Source: Promethearchaeota archaeon (GTDB lineage: Archaea; Asgardarchaeota; Lokiarchaeia; Sigyniarchaeales; SOKP01). Taken from it: 64,000 bases of DNA. The notes beneath the pieces are model-generated. The model ran no database searches and was not told where the DNA came from. It worked only from the letters and a program-made list of their open reading frames with translations. This document shows, in pieces, positions 29,521 through 40,843 of this stretch. Where the stretch lies: positions 1 to 64,000 of the forward strand of contig JALGVJ010000006.1 in assembly GCA_029838195.1 (NCBI GenBank), in the 5' to 3' direction. The position numbers and the translations under genes were made by a program. Each line of letters starts with the position of its first letter. Position 1 is the first letter of the stretch.

Positions 29521-30397
29521 TAATTATCGTGTGCTCTTCCTGAGCAACATGAGCTCTATCATACTCAATTAAAATGGGATAATAATCAAGGATATTTTTC
29601 CTCACAAACGTGTTGATGATTTGGTTGACTTTTTCTGGAGGAATGATTTTTTTTTTAAGTAATAAACGGGGAGAAAAGGGTAATTTCTTCGTTTCTTTTT
29701 CAATTTTATTCATGTATCCCATTTCTTCATAAGTAAGGTTTTTTTTTAATTTTTTTTTTAACCGGTAAATAAAAGCATTTTTTCCATTAATTACAAATCC
29801 CTTTCCGGCGGTAACAAATGGTTCACAGGCAAACGCATCTCCCGGTTTTAATATTTGATCATGGCGTTTATCTTTAAAATTGGGAATAAAAAGGCCTGCG
29901 TGAAGATTATATTGTTTTAATTCGTGTCCTCCTAAATTTTTTATGGGATTTAATCCGTAAGAGGTAATTACTTTAGAGATTTGCTCTCCTAATTCATAAA
30001 GCCGGACACCGGGGGCAAAGATTTCAATTGCGGCCTCTAATGCTTCTTTAGCAGCATCCACATGGATTTGCATTCCCGGATCTTCATCGATATTGATCGT
30101 TATTGCTGAATCCGCAATGTAACCATCATAATGAGCACCTAAATCAATCTTTAATAACCCTTTTTCAGGAATTACGGTTGTATCACCTATTGGTGGGCTA
30201 TAATGCGCAGCAATTTCATTTAATGACATGTTAATGGGAAAGGCTAATTCACAGCCTACTTCAAGGATTTTCTCCTCACATTGAGTACCTATTTCTAAGA
30301 AAGGTATCCCTGGTTTCACGAGTTTCCTTGCCAATTCTTTTGCAGCTACGACCGCTTTTCCAGCTTTTAAATATTTTTCAACTATATTATCTTCCAT
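29483..30397 (-). CDS. map: Methionine aminopeptidase type II
   Basis: NEIAAHYSP, KIDLGAHYDGYIADSA, NLGGH, ACEPF, AQEEHT. Confidence 0.97.
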   Translation of the reverse strand: MEDNIVEKYLKAGKAVVAAKELARKLVKPGIPFLEIGTQCEEKILEVGCELAFPINMSLNEIAAHYSPPIGDTTVIPEKGLLKIDLGAHYDGYIADSAITINIDEDPGMQIHVDAAKEALEAAIEIFAPGVRLYELGEQISKVITSYGLNPIKNLGGHELKQYNLHAGLFIPNFKDKRHDQILKPGDAFACEPFVTAGKGFVINGKNAFIYRLKKKLKKNLTYEEMGYMNKIEKETKKLPFSPRLLLKKKIIPPEKVNQIINTFVRKNILDYYPILIEYDRAHVAQEEHTIIIDKDGNTIVTTQ

Positions 30398-30460
30398 GAT
30401 AGAGTTAAAACTTGAATGATTTGAATATTTAAAAAAAATTTTTAGAAAAAAAACTTGAGA

Positions 30461-31786
30461 TTAAGGAATTAAACGTTCGGGCGTTCTCGGATACATGACC
30501 GCTTCTCTGATATCATCTAATCCACATAGGATTGTTAGCCAGCGAGCGATTCCCAATCCAAATCCCGCGTGAGGAGGCATGCCGAAATCAAACACGCGCG
30601 TGTGAGGGTCAAAAGACTCTGGATTGAGCCCCTTTTCTTTAAGAGCGTTGATTAATTGTTCTTTATTGTGGACTCTTGTCCCTCCTGAAGTTAATTCTAA
30701 CCATCCTTTTTGAAGGTCAAAAGATTCACTATATTTAGAGTCTTTAGAAGGTTGGATGTAAAAGGGTTTTAATGACATTGGCCAGTGGGTAATATAATAA
30801 TACCCGGGTAATATTTGGTCTAATTTCCTATAGGCTTCCGTCGGAATGTCTTCTCCAAATTCAATTTTAATATCCAATTTTTTTTCTATGATATCTAAAA
30901 TTTCCTCATACGTATATCGAGGAAATGGTACTTCAGGTAATACTGTAACATTTTCCATTTTAAGGAATTTCAAAGCCTCAAATTGATTTTCTCGGATTCT
31001 TTTTATAGCGTGATATACTAAATTCTCTAAGAGTTTAAGGACATCGTGCATATCAGCGAACGCCATTTCCACATCCAATACATAAATTTCGCATAAATGT
31101 CTTTTAGTATGACTTTTTTCAGCTCTATAACAATGACTTATCTCGTATACTCGTTCATAAACGCCGCTGAGTTGTTCTTTATATAATTGAGCAGATTGGG
31201 TCAAAAATGCTTCTCTATCAAAATACATGATAGGAAAGAGTTCCGTTCCTCCCTCTGTAGCAGATCCTATAATTTTAGGAGTGGTTATTTCAGTAAAATC
31301 GTGTTCATGCAAGAATTCTCTAATGGCTTTAAGTAATTCCCCTCTAATTCTAAAGATTGCTTGATTTCTCAAGGACCGCAAGTCTAACGCTCTGTTATTT
31401 AACCTTAAATCTAATTCCGATATGGTTTCTCCGGTCATATCAATAGGAAGCTTGTTAGGAGTGACATTCAGGGTCTTAATCTTATCAGGAATTATTTCCA
31501 CGCCACCGGGTGCTTTCTTGAATATTTTAACCTTCCCCTTTATCATGATACAATATTGATACCCCATTTTCACGTTTTCAAAAAGTTGGTCGGAAACAAC
31601 CCCTTTTTTTATCGTAATTTGCCGCTCTCCATATTTATCTTGAAGTATGATGAATTTTAATCCTCCTAAATCCCGATAATTACGGATCCAGCCTCCCAGA
31701 ATAACTTCTTGCCCCTCTAGATCTGAAGTCACATCCTTGGTATAATGGGTTTTTCTCCAATTCCCCATATCATCTAACATTTTCAT
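30461..31786 (-). CDS. aspS: Aspartate--tRNA(Asp/Asn) ligase
   Basis: OB-fold RDLGGLKF, ATEGG, QSAQLYK, YRAEKS, GMPPHAGFGLG. Confidence 0.97.
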   Translation of the reverse strand: MKMLDDMGNWRKTHYTKDVTSDLEGQEVILGGWIRNYRDLGGLKFIILQDKYGERQITIKKGVVSDQLFENVKMGYQYCIMIKGKVKIFKKAPGGVEIIPDKIKTLNVTPNKLPIDMTGETISELDLRLNNRALDLRSLRNQAIFRIRGELLKAIREFLHEHDFTEITTPKIIGSATEGGTELFPIMYFDREAFLTQSAQLYKEQLSGVYERVYEISHCYRAEKSHTKRHLCEIYVLDVEMAFADMHDVLKLLENLVYHAIKRIRENQFEALKFLKMENVTVLPEVPFPRYTYEEILDIIEKKLDIKIEFGEDIPTEAYRKLDQILPGYYYITHWPMSLKPFYIQPSKDSKYSESFDLQKGWLELTSGGTRVHNKEQLINALKEKGLNPESFDPHTRVFDFGMPPHAGFGLGIARWLTILCGLDDIREAVMYPRTPERLIP

Positions 31787-31856
31787 TTTAACTTTTATTT
31801 TTTCCTAAATTATATGAGTTAAACGTGTAAAAAAATTAAATTTTTTGTAAATCCGT

Positions 31857-33455
31857 GTGATTTTCTTGGTCGATCTAACTTGGATGAAAAAGAACGCAGT
31901 TCAAGAAGAAATTAAAAAATTACTCGAGAGGAAAAGCGAAAATTTTATAGATTGGGAAAAAAATGAATACCCTCTTCTCAAGGAGGATGAAATACTATAT
32001 CGAGAGGAGGAGGAAAGGAAGGAAATCCGAGGGCTGTCCGTAGATGAAAAAAAAGAGGTATCAACATTTTATAACTTGCTTATTTTAGGAGATAATTTAG
32101 CCACCATGAGATGGCTTTTAGAACATTTTAAAGAAAAAATTACCTTGATTTACATCGATCCTCCCTTTGGAACAGGCACGGCCTTTAATCTCAAAATAAA
32201 AATCGGAGAAGGCAAATATTCCACTGATTCTAAATATTGGATTCGAGAACCGGCTTATAAAGATTCTTGGTTGGGAGGATTAGATTCTTACTTGGAGTTC
32301 ATGTATCCCCGATTATTTTTGATGAAAAAATTATTAGCATCCCATGGAAGCATGTATGTACATTTAGATTGGCATGTAGTCCACCCGATTAAACTTTTGT
32401 TAGATGAGATTTTTGGTAAAGAAAATTTCCGGAATCAAATCATATGGTATTATCCTGCTGCTTCCGCGCAGACAAAGAAATTCTTCATGCGTTCTCATGA
32501 CGTGATTTTATTTTATTCTAAATCTAAAAATTATATTTTCAATGATGATGCTCAAATCTACATGGAATATTCCTCGAGGGTGAAAGATAATCTGAAACGG
32601 GATGAGAAGGGCGTCTATTATTATAGAGGAGGAAGTCATAATGGATTGAAATTAAAAAGAAAAGTATATATTGATGGTAAGGGCATTTTTCCTCGTGATG
32701 TGTGGTTAGATGTTCCTTATGTGAGAGCAAATACCTTGGAATATCAAGGATTTTCTACTCAAAAGCCAGAATTATTGTTAAAGCGCATCATATTGGCATC
32801 TTCAAATGAAAAAGATTTAATAGCAGACTTTTTCTGCGGAACAGGCACGTGTTTAGCCGTGGCAGAAAAATTAGGGCGAAGATGGATTGGATGTGATATC
32901 AGCAAGCATGCCGTTCATATCAGCAGAAAACGAATCCTTGATATTCATGAAGGCCGGGATTTAAACAATGGGAAGAAAAAACATGCTAAAAAAGCTACGC
33001 CTTTTAAAATTATGGTTCAAGAAGATAAAATTCACGATAAATCCTTTTTAAAGAGTTATTTAAAACCGGATCAAAACCATGAGGAGGGTTTATTTCAAGA
33101 TTTTAAAGAGCCCGAGATCGAGCTCAAGATTCTTGAAAAATACAATTCATGCATGAAAATTGAACTCGTGAATTATTCAATCCCCTTCGAGGAAAAAATA
33201 AAGAAATCAATAACCAATAAAATTAATAAGTGGTCTGATTGGATTGATTTCTTTGCGGTGGATTTTAATCCTTCGCAAGGAGTTTTTAATACATCTTGGG
33301 CATCTTATAGAACTCAAAAACAAAGAGAGATTTCTTTAGAATCATGTGGGTGGAATCATGAATTAAAAAAGATTCATTCTATTCAAGTAAAAGTAATTGA
33401 TATTCTTGGAAATGAAACAATTAAAACCATTAAATTAAACAATATTAAAATTTGA
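31857..33455 (+). CDS. Orphan amino-DNA methyltransferase (beta class, type III Mod-like)
   Basis: GDNL, IYIDPPF, TQKPE.LL.RII, DFFCGTGT. Confidence 0.9.
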   Translation: MIFLVDLTWMKKNAVQEEIKKLLERKSENFIDWEKNEYPLLKEDEILYREEEERKEIRGLSVDEKKEVSTFYNLLILGDNLATMRWLLEHFKEKITLIYIDPPFGTGTAFNLKIKIGEGKYSTDSKYWIREPAYKDSWLGGLDSYLEFMYPRLFLMKKLLASHGSMYVHLDWHVVHPIKLLLDEIFGKENFRNQIIWYYPAASAQTKKFFMRSHDVILFYSKSKNYIFNDDAQIYMEYSSRVKDNLKRDEKGVYYYRGGSHNGLKLKRKVYIDGKGIFPRDVWLDVPYVRANTLEYQGFSTQKPELLLKRIILASSNEKDLIADFFCGTGTCLAVAEKLGRRWIGCDISKHAVHISRKRILDIHEGRDLNNGKKKHAKKATPFKIMVQEDKIHDKSFLKSYLKPDQNHEEGLFQDFKEPEIELKILEKYNSCMKIELVNYSIPFEEKIKKSITNKINKWSDWIDFFAVDFNPSQGVFNTSWASYRTQKQREISLESCGWNHELKKIHSIQVKVIDILGNETIKTIKLNNIKI

Positions 33456-33476
33456 ATCAAGAAATTTAACACGATT

Positions 33477-34859
33477 TCATTTAATTATTTCTCGTAACAT
33501 CATGGTGGCATAGCATCCTTTAGGTAAACTGAATTCAAATTTTATTTTTTGATAATTAGGATGAATTTCATCTTCCCCAAATTCTAAGAGATTCAATCCA
33601 ATTGGTTTTACCAATAGCGTTCGTATTGTCCCTTTTAAATCGAAATTAATAAATGACTCGTCATAAAACATGTCTAGGCGGATTTGTTCTTCCTTGCAGA
33701 TTTCTTGAAATATCCGGCTCATTAAGGGGAAATCTTCTAAGTTAATTCCATGTCCTATGATTGGACACACGATTGCAGCCCGATCTCTTTCTATTGCTTT
33801 TAAGAGCCCCTCATCATAATGACTTCCAAAAATATATTTTACTGGGGTTGGTGAGCCATTAGTTTGCTCTAAAATGGAAATAACATCTCCTTCCTGGGGA
33901 GTAAAGAATGGAATACCTTTTTTATGTCTTAGAGATAACATTTTATTAAATAGGTATGATTGATAAGAACTGATAATTAATTTTTTCAAATCTGGAGGAA
34001 GGACTTCAAAGACTCCCTCGTAATCTCCGGGATGTTCCATCATGTAGGCGAGCATGTTTCTTTCATATTGAAGAGATTTCGGAAATAATGATAGTGCACC
34101 CTTGTAATCTCCCGTTTCTTTTAAATACGTTCTCGCCTTTTTAGATTTGGTAGATTCTGGAGGATAAGTGGAAATAACAAACTCATTAAAAGCTTCTTCA
34201 TATTTTCTCTCAATGAGGTATCTGCCCACTATATGAGAATTAGGCCGAAAAGTCCCGAATCTTTGTAGCCCATAATAGTTTGGAAATCCATGAGTTGTTA
34301 ATTTTTTAAATAGAAGCTCGATATCTTGTTTCAAATTTTCTCTATTCGGAATTTTTCTAATGGTAATCACGAAGAAATTACCCCAATGACTTCCCAATTT
34401 TACGGGTTTCTTGGTAGGATGAATATTTCTTATAAACAAATCTTTAATTCTTAATCGTTTTAATTGATCGATATAATTTCCCTTGATCGACATCTTTTGC
34501 ACCGTTATAGCGAGCTTATCTTTTAATCCCGAATAAGAAATCAAGGAAGGAGAAATTTTTAATTGATTGCTAAGTAAATCTACAGCCTCAAAAGTATCCT
34601 TATTTACTTTAATCAAATTAAAGGTGGTATATTTATCATTACCATCTTCTGGAAAAAAATGTTCCGTAAAATCTTCCCGTATTTCTAAAACTTCGCCCGT
34701 TTCAGAAATTTCTTTTACAATAAAATCTTTATAGCCATGTTTATAGATGCCTTTTATTCCTTGGATTTCGGAGGTGCTAAAAAATTTAATTTCAACAAAT
34801 TTTTCGATTTCTCGTTCAATCTTTTGAAAATTTATACTATTTTCCTCATTTTCATGCAA
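33477..34859 (-). CDS. truD: tRNA pseudouridine(13) synthase
   Basis: DFIVKE, SGLKDK.A.T.Q, GFPNYYGLQRFG, FSLPKGCYAT. Confidence 0.96.
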   Translation of the reverse strand: MHENEENSINFQKIEREIEKFVEIKFFSTSEIQGIKGIYKHGYKDFIVKEISETGEVLEIREDFTEHFFPEDGNDKYTTFNLIKVNKDTFEAVDLLSNQLKISPSLISYSGLKDKLAITVQKMSIKGNYIDQLKRLRIKDLFIRNIHPTKKPVKLGSHWGNFFVITIRKIPNRENLKQDIELLFKKLTTHGFPNYYGLQRFGTFRPNSHIVGRYLIERKYEEAFNEFVISTYPPESTKSKKARTYLKETGDYKGALSLFPKSLQYERNMLAYMMEHPGDYEGVFEVLPPDLKKLIISSYQSYLFNKMLSLRHKKGIPFFTPQEGDVISILEQTNGSPTPVKYIFGSHYDEGLLKAIERDRAAIVCPIIGHGINLEDFPLMSRIFQEICKEEQIRLDMFYDESFINFDLKGTIRTLLVKPIGLNLLEFGEDEIHPNYQKIKFEFSLPKGCYATMMLREIIK

Positions 34860-34874
34860 TTTTCATTCCCATGG

Positions 34875-35231
34875 TCATAGTAGTTCTAAATTTCCCGTGA
34901 TTTTATCCAGTTCTGATGAGGGATGAGGTCCTATTCCTAAAGCGGTAATGGTGCCGGGAGCTAATTGGGTTAAACCGGCATCCTTGACTAAAAAATGAGG
35001 GATTTTTTGTTTTTCAAGCTCTTTTAAAATATCTTGTAGCATTTCCAAGCTTTTTGCTTTCAAGACTATTTTTTTCTGTCCCGTATTTTTCCAATTCTTC
35101 CAATTCTTTTTATTTTTAGTTCTAACTAAATCAGATGCAGATACGGAAGCATGACATGCTTGAGCACATTTCTTGCCTGTACTCATTTTTAAATCTGTCC
35201 TAATTAAAATTACTTGTTTTATTTCGTCCAT
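34875..35231 (-). CDS. pth2: Peptidyl-tRNA hydrolase 2
   Basis: [33 protein letters not shown]. Confidence 0.96.
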   Translation of the reverse strand: MDEIKQVILIRTDLKMSTGKKCAQACHASVSASDLVRTKNKKNWKNWKNTGQKKIVLKAKSLEMLQDILKELEKQKIPHFLVKDAGLTQLAPGTITALGIGPHPSSELDKITGNLELL

Positions 35232-35290
35232 GGTTTTATAACCTTTAGAAAACGGCGTGCTTCTTGGAGCCTGTATTACTAATATACTAG

Positions 35291-35803
35291 TTATTGAAAT
35301 TCTATTCTCGTTGTCTGATTCGTGAGTTCAAAAATGAGCTCTTCTAATTCTTCTTTTGTAAAGGGAATTTGATCTTGATCTTCCTTTCGAATGACGGCTT
35401 TAAATTCGATATCCCCGGTTGCTAAAAAAATTTCATTCAATGAAATTAATTTGCTGGGATAAATCAAGCTCTCAACGACAGGACGGGGCTTTTTACTATT
35501 TTCTACTAAAATTATATTATCAATTTCATAGGTTTCTTTAATCATATCGATTAATTCTGAAGTAATCTTGAGTTTATCTCCCCGCCCTATTAGAAGTATG
35601 ACCAAATCGCCATAATCTATCGCTTTGTAAAAGGATACATCCTTTAAATAATTAAATCGGGAATCATTCTCTTCCAGCTCTAAAAAGAATTTCGCCAAAT
35701 CTATTTCAAAATCTGTTAAAATGCCTTCGTCATATTTCTCTTGGCAACTCGTACAGAGAAACTCCGATGAGATACATGTTCTGCAAGCTGGTAATACCCG
35801 AAT
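35291..35803 (-). CDS. Archaeal NusA-like KH protein with N-terminal Zn finger (non-canonical start)
   Basis: In-frame extension [27 protein letters not shown]; in-frame TAA just above; no ATG/GTG/TTG. Confidence 0.7.
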   Translation of the reverse strand: MRVLPACRTCISSEFLCTSCQEKYDEGILTDFEIDLAKFFLELEENDSRFNYLKDVSFYKAIDYGDLVILLIGRGDKLKITSELIDMIKETYEIDNIILVENSKKPRPVVESLIYPSKLISLNEIFLATGDIEFKAVIRKEDQDQIPFTKEELEELIFELTNQTTRIEFQ

Positions 35804-36265
35804 CTTCCATTACACCAACTATTTCTCAATAAAAATCGAAATACATGTAGATAAATCTAAAATATAATAAAAATTGAATCCTTCTTTTGAGAAAATATTA
35901 TCAATACTTTAAAAATTTTTTTATAATAAACTAAACCCAAAACTGAATAAATTGCTCAAGTTTTTTTAAAAATATCATATCATTAATTATCTTTACATTA
36001 AGATGAAGAAATTTTTTAAAGGTTCATGATAATAAGATTTTCATGAATATCATGAATCATTTTAAAAATCATTGAGAAGTAAGAATGAGGATTATAATTA
36101 TTTTAAAGTGATATTGACGATGATTTGGAATTTTTTAATTTTTATTTATTGTCTCTCATTAATAATTACTTAATATAATGCTTCTCCGAGATATTCTCAA
36201 ATATAATTAACTCTTAAATCTTGAATTTATTTTAAGATAAGAAAATATGGAACCATCAAGAAGGG

Positions 36266-36460
36266 TTATAATTCGATTATATCGCAATTTAAATTAGATA
36301 ATAATCTTTCTGCTGTAGGAGGATCGACTTTATAAGTATAAAGAGTTTTTTTTGTTCGCAATTTCAGTTTTACCACATCTTTTAATCTTTTTACGCGACA
36401 ATGGATCGCTCGCTCTGATAGTTCAATAAATTGTTTTTCATCAAAAATTTCTTTAGGCAT
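36266..36460 (-). CDS. rpl38e: 50S ribosomal protein L38e
   Basis: MPKEI...F...RVKR...VKLKLRTKKTLYTYKV. Confidence 0.9.
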   Translation of the reverse strand: MPKEIFDEKQFIELSERAIHCRVKRLKDVVKLKLRTKKTLYTYKVDPPTAERLLSNLNCDIIEL

Positions 36461-36624
36461 GGCGTTTATTCCCGCTTTACACGATTAATTCCTTTTTACT
36501 TATGATTCTGTATTTTCCATCTAATTTTAATTTTATGATGGACCCTTCATAATGCGAAAATTTTTTAATTTTCGTGCTTTTTACCACCTATCTTTACTTG
36601 ATTAAACATATTATCTGAAAAATC

Positions 36625-36786
36625 ATGCCGATTGATGATCCCTTTAAGAGGAAAATTGCTCGCTACCACTTGCTGGAAAAAAGCGTGTGCCGTCGTTGTG
36701 GGGCTTTAAATCCCGTTAAGGCAAAAAAATGCAGGCGTTGTCGAGGGAAAGATTTAAGATTAAAGAGCAGGGAAACTTCCAAATAA
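36625..36786 (+). CDS. rpl40e: 50S ribosomal protein L40e (not in ORF track)
   Basis: MPIDDPFKRKIARYHLLEKSVCRRCGALNPVKAKKCRRCRGKDLRLKSRETSK. Confidence 0.93.
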   Translation: MPIDDPFKRKIARYHLLEKSVCRRCGALNPVKAKKCRRCRGKDLRLKSRETSK

Positions 36787-36956
36787 ACCCGCAATTTCTT
36801 TTTCTCTTTTACGTAAACTGACTTGCATCATTTTCCATGGTTCTTTTATTTTAGGGAAAGAGTTTTTTCCTCGATTTACTTCTTTTTATTTTTAGAAAAT
36901 TTTTTAAATTCTATTTTTCACTATGTTTTTAAAATTATTTAAAGGAAGGAAAGCTC

Positions 36957-37994
36957 ATGGTGGATATCAGAGGAGGTTTAAATTTTGCTTTTTCTACGCA
37001 TTTTTCCCCCAAACAAGATTTTAATCTTGATGATCTTAAGTTAGATTTACGATTTTTTCCGGGTCTTCAAGAACAAATACGTGAGTCCCTAGAAAAAGAG
37101 GATGAGGAGGAGATAAGAAAAATTATAGAATTTTTAAAAGAGAAAAGGAAAAAATTGAAAAAGAAACGTCTGAAATTACTGGGAAAAGACACCAATCCTT
37201 CAAAATTATTAATAGATGAAGAACTACCGCCAAAAATTATCAACTACATTAAAGAAAAAACGTCGATAAATAGTTTAGGGGATTTTCTAACACTGATTAA
37301 TAATGATGCTCAAGGCTTATCAAATAAAATACGCATCATGAATAGCACGCAATTAAAACGATGCTTAGAAATTGGAAGACAATCTTTTAAAGATTTAAGA
37401 GAAACCTCCAAAAATCCCTCACTTGCTGTAAAAAAAGCAATTTATCAATGTTTTGAATTATTCCAAATCCCAAGGGAAGAAATTAAAGAGTATGTTAGCA
37501 ATGATGAGGAAACATTAATCATTAATAATTCACGAGAGTTCTCCATTAGTTATATCAAGAACGACCATCTGAAAGAACTGCAGTTTTTAGATGAACAAGA
37601 TCCCGAAAAAACACATGGATATGAAGTAAGATGGGTGCATTTTAATGTTTCCCGCACTCGATGGGAAGAAATTTTAAAAAAAATAGCCACCACCCTTACT
37701 AGTTCTATTATTAAATTTATTGCCCCTAGAATCGGTAATTCTCTCACATCTCTACTTAAAATGGTCCTTGAGTCCAAAAATGATGAGTTGCTCATTAAGG
37801 CATGTAATTTCAATTTAAAATTGATTTTTCATGAACTTTTACGAACAAATATAGCCATTAAAAGCGTGAAATTCCAGAATTTTGAAGGAGAGTTGTGGAA
37901 TGATGAAGAAAAGAAGAAAAAATTAGTGAAATTCGGAAAAGAATTAATAAAATCCACGAGCATCCAAAATATTCTTGATTCAAGAAATAATTAA
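36957..37994 (+). CDS. Hypothetical protein
   Basis: 345-aa ORF, no recognised motif. Confidence 0.6.
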   Translation: MVDIRGGLNFAFSTHFSPKQDFNLDDLKLDLRFFPGLQEQIRESLEKEDEEEIRKIIEFLKEKRKKLKKKRLKLLGKDTNPSKLLIDEELPPKIINYIKEKTSINSLGDFLTLINNDAQGLSNKIRIMNSTQLKRCLEIGRQSFKDLRETSKNPSLAVKKAIYQCFELFQIPREEIKEYVSNDEETLIINNSREFSISYIKNDHLKELQFLDEQDPEKTHGYEVRWVHFNVSRTRWEEILKKIATTLTSSIIKFIAPRIGNSLTSLLKMVLESKNDELLIKACNFNLKLIFHELLRTNIAIKSVKFQNFEGELWNDEEKKKKLVKFGKELIKSTSIQNILDSRNN

Positions 37995-38527
37995 TGAATC
38001 CCCGAAAAATTTATTCTTGCTTCCTAATTTGAACTACCGTCGCCGATTAGTCCATCTTGCTTAATTTTTTTAATTTTTTCCCTTTATCGGAACTCACGCA
38101 TCAATGTGAATATAAAATCGAGGAATGAAGAGAATTTATCATTCATTTGAAAATTTTCAAGCATAGAATTTTTTTTTACTTTTTTTATGACCATTATAAT
38201 CTCTTTATAATCATGGTTTTACCCCAAATTAAAACTTCGTCTTGCTTTTTGTTATTAGACTAAAAATTTCTTTTACTTCTTTAATCAATAATAAAATAGA
38301 AATTGTTTCCTTTTTCTCGATTGGAAAATCTCTCTAACCTTTTTCATTTATTTCATTTCTATTCCTTAAAAATTTGCGAAAAACGGGAATTTCCTAAAAT
38401 TTCAACATGTGGATAAACTTTAAATTATATAAAGATCTCTATATCATAAAAAATATGATCTTAATCTAATAATCTAAATTAAAATATACCTAAACAAAAA
38501 AGAACAAAATTAAGGTGAAAAATACAC

Positions 38528-40210
38528 ATGGCTCAATTAGGAGGTCAACCCATTTTAATAATGAAAGAAGGAACTGAACGAACAAGGGGAAAAGATGCTA
38601 TGGAAAATAATATCGCCGCCGCTATCGTAATTGCTGAAGCGGTGCGCACGTCTCTCGGACCACGTGGTATGGACAAAATGCTCGTCGATCAATTCGGAGA
38701 TGTTGTTATTACTAACGATGGGGCTACGATCTTGAAGGAAATAGATGTTCAACACCCTGCGGCAAAGATGATGGTTGAAGTAGCCAAAACACAAGACAGC
38801 GAAGTCGGCGATGGAACGACCACGAGCGTAATTCTTGCTGGAGAGTTATTGAAGCGTGCCAAGAAATTATTGGAGCAAAAGATTCATCCTACCGTCATTA
38901 CTGAAGGTTTCAGGAAAGCGGCGGAAAAAGCTATTGAAATTTTAGAGAGCATGTCGATAAAAAGCGGCATCGATGACTATAAATCATTGAAAGACGCTGC
39001 CATGACTTGCATGCAGTCGAAAATTGTTTCGGAATCCAAGGAGAAATTGGCTGATTTATGCATTAACGCTATTAAATCCATCGCTGAAAAAGATGAAAAT
39101 GGTAAATGGGTTGCTGACATTGATAAGGTTCAAATTCAGAAAAAGGAAGGAGAAAGTATTGATGATACTAAATTAATCCGAGGGATTATCTTAGATAAAG
39201 AAGTAGTCAGTGCGGGCATGCCGAAAAGAGTAGAAAATGCTAAGATTCTTTTACTTCAATCTGCTGTTGAGATTGAGAAAACGGAATTTGACAGTAAATT
39301 ACAAATTACCAGTCCGGAACAAATTCAACAATTTTTAGATGAAGAGGAGAAAATGCTTCGGAACATGGTGGAAAAGATAAAGAATTCCGGAGCAAACGTG
39401 CTAATCTGTCAGAAGGGAATTGATGACATGGCTCAACATTTCTTAACGAGGGAAAATATTTTAGCCGTGCGACGGGTGAAAAAATCAGATTTAGAAAAAC
39501 TTTCGAAAGCAACGGGAGGCAAGATCTTAAATGATCTCAATGATGCGAAGCCAGATGTCTTAGGTAAGGCGGGTTTGGTCGAAGAACGGAAAATAATGAA
39601 TGATTCTTGGATTTTCATAGAAGATTGTGAAGATCCTAAATCCGTCTCCATTTTAATCCGGGGAGGAACTGAATTAATTGTTGACGAGGTCGATAGGGCC
39701 ATTCATGATGCCCTCTGCGTCGTGAGAGATATCGTGGAAGATGAGAAGATTGTTGGAGGTGGCGGGGCTCCTGAATTAGAAACAGCGATTCAACTGAGAG
39801 ATTTCGCTCAAAGCCTTGGAGGGCGAGAACAACTCGCTGTAGAAATTTTTGCTGATAGCCTCGACATCATTCCAAAAACCCTGGCTGAGAATGCTGGTTT
39901 AGACCAAATCGATGTGTTAATGAAATTAAGAGCTTCTCATCAAAAAGGCAATAAATTTGCGGGATTAAATTTAGAAACGGGAGAAGTAATTGATAACATG
40001 ATGGAAGTCGGAATTATAGAACCGACTGTAGTAAAAATTCAAGCAATTAAAAGTTCCGTCGAGGCAGCATCAATGTTGTTAAGGATAGATGACGTCATAG
40101 CTAGTGCGAAGACGAAAATGCCTGCAGGTCCGCCCGGAGGTCCTGGCGGCATGGGTGGCATGCCAGGTGGACCCGGAGGAATGGGAGGCATGCCTCCGGG
40201 CATGTATTAA
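38528..40210 (+). CDS. thsA: Thermosome (group II chaperonin) subunit
   Basis: [28 protein letters not shown]-rich tail. Confidence 0.97.
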   Translation: MAQLGGQPILIMKEGTERTRGKDAMENNIAAAIVIAEAVRTSLGPRGMDKMLVDQFGDVVITNDGATILKEIDVQHPAAKMMVEVAKTQDSEVGDGTTTSVILAGELLKRAKKLLEQKIHPTVITEGFRKAAEKAIEILESMSIKSGIDDYKSLKDAAMTCMQSKIVSESKEKLADLCINAIKSIAEKDENGKWVADIDKVQIQKKEGESIDDTKLIRGIILDKEVVSAGMPKRVENAKILLLQSAVEIEKTEFDSKLQITSPEQIQQFLDEEEKMLRNMVEKIKNSGANVLICQKGIDDMAQHFLTRENILAVRRVKKSDLEKLSKATGGKILNDLNDAKPDVLGKAGLVEERKIMNDSWIFIEDCEDPKSVSILIRGGTELIVDEVDRAIHDALCVVRDIVEDEKIVGGGGAPELETAIQLRDFAQSLGGREQLAVEIFADSLDIIPKTLAENAGLDQIDVLMKLRASHQKGNKFAGLNLETGEVIDNMMEVGIIEPTVVKIQAIKSSVEAASMLLRIDDVIASAKTKMPAGPPGGPGGMGGMPGGPGGMGGMPPGMY

Positions 40211-40224
40211 AAGAATAAATTAAC

Positions 40225-40260
40225 TTTTTTAATTTTAGTTTTCTTTTTTTTCTTTTGTTT
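40225..40260 (+). terminator. Oligo-T archaeal terminator after thermosome
   Basis: Several T tracts directly after the stop codon. Confidence 0.45.
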
Positions 40261-40334
40261 AAGTTCATTGTTATAAATTTTCATATTTTTTACTCATGAG
40301 GTACAAACTTTAGAGATTTTGTTTAGTCATGTAG

Positions 40335-40455
40335 TTCTATTAATTTTAAAAAAAAATTACAAGGGAAACAGGGAAACCTTTCATGGATTAATAGAAGTGG
40401 TCGAACGACCTTAATTTCTTCATATTACCTAATCTTTTTAAGCCTTTTCTATTCT
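40335..40455 (-). repeat. Diverged repeat copy A (decayed gene fragment)
   Basis: About 70% ungapped identity over ~85 bp (manual count) to the copy at 42310-42440. Confidence 0.6.
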
Positions 40456-40461
40456 ATTAAT

Positions 40462-40677
40462 TTAATATCGGTTCAATTGATTTCTAAAATCGCACGCAAT
40501 AACTCGTTCAAAAAGGACTTATTTTAAAAGCTTTCCAAAAATGCAATGCGCTAGTATCTTTGCTTTTTCATCGATTCTTATTACTTTTTTACCTGTCTTT
40601 TCGGCTATATAGGTCAAGAATTCGACGAATCGGGAAATGAATCCTTTATTCATTTTCGATTTCTCTTTTTATTGAGG
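40462..40677 (-). mobile_element. tnpB: IS200/IS605 tnpB C-terminal remnant
   Basis: GFISRFVEFLTYIAEKTGKKVIRIDE...HCIFGK..*..ERVIACDFRNQLNR resembles the TnpB Zn-finger/RuvC-III region; in-frame stops. Confidence 0.7.
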
Positions 40678-40843
40678 ATAAGAGGAGTAAAATGATTTAA
40701 AAGAGAGAGCTCGCTTTCGCTAACCATTCTTTTGAAAAAGAAAGACTTATCCCGACGGTTAAATATACGTGATTTTCTAACCATAGCGCTATAATTCAAT
40801 AGAGAAGAAAAATTTGAGATTTACCTCGCTTGTCATCCTTTTT

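Noticed and set aside
35820-36260. Replication origin in the long AT-rich gap
   Set aside because: No ORB repeats or cdc6/orc1 visible
40120-40210. GC-rich repeat at the thermosome 3' end
   Set aside because: Ordinary GGM/PGG chaperonin tail
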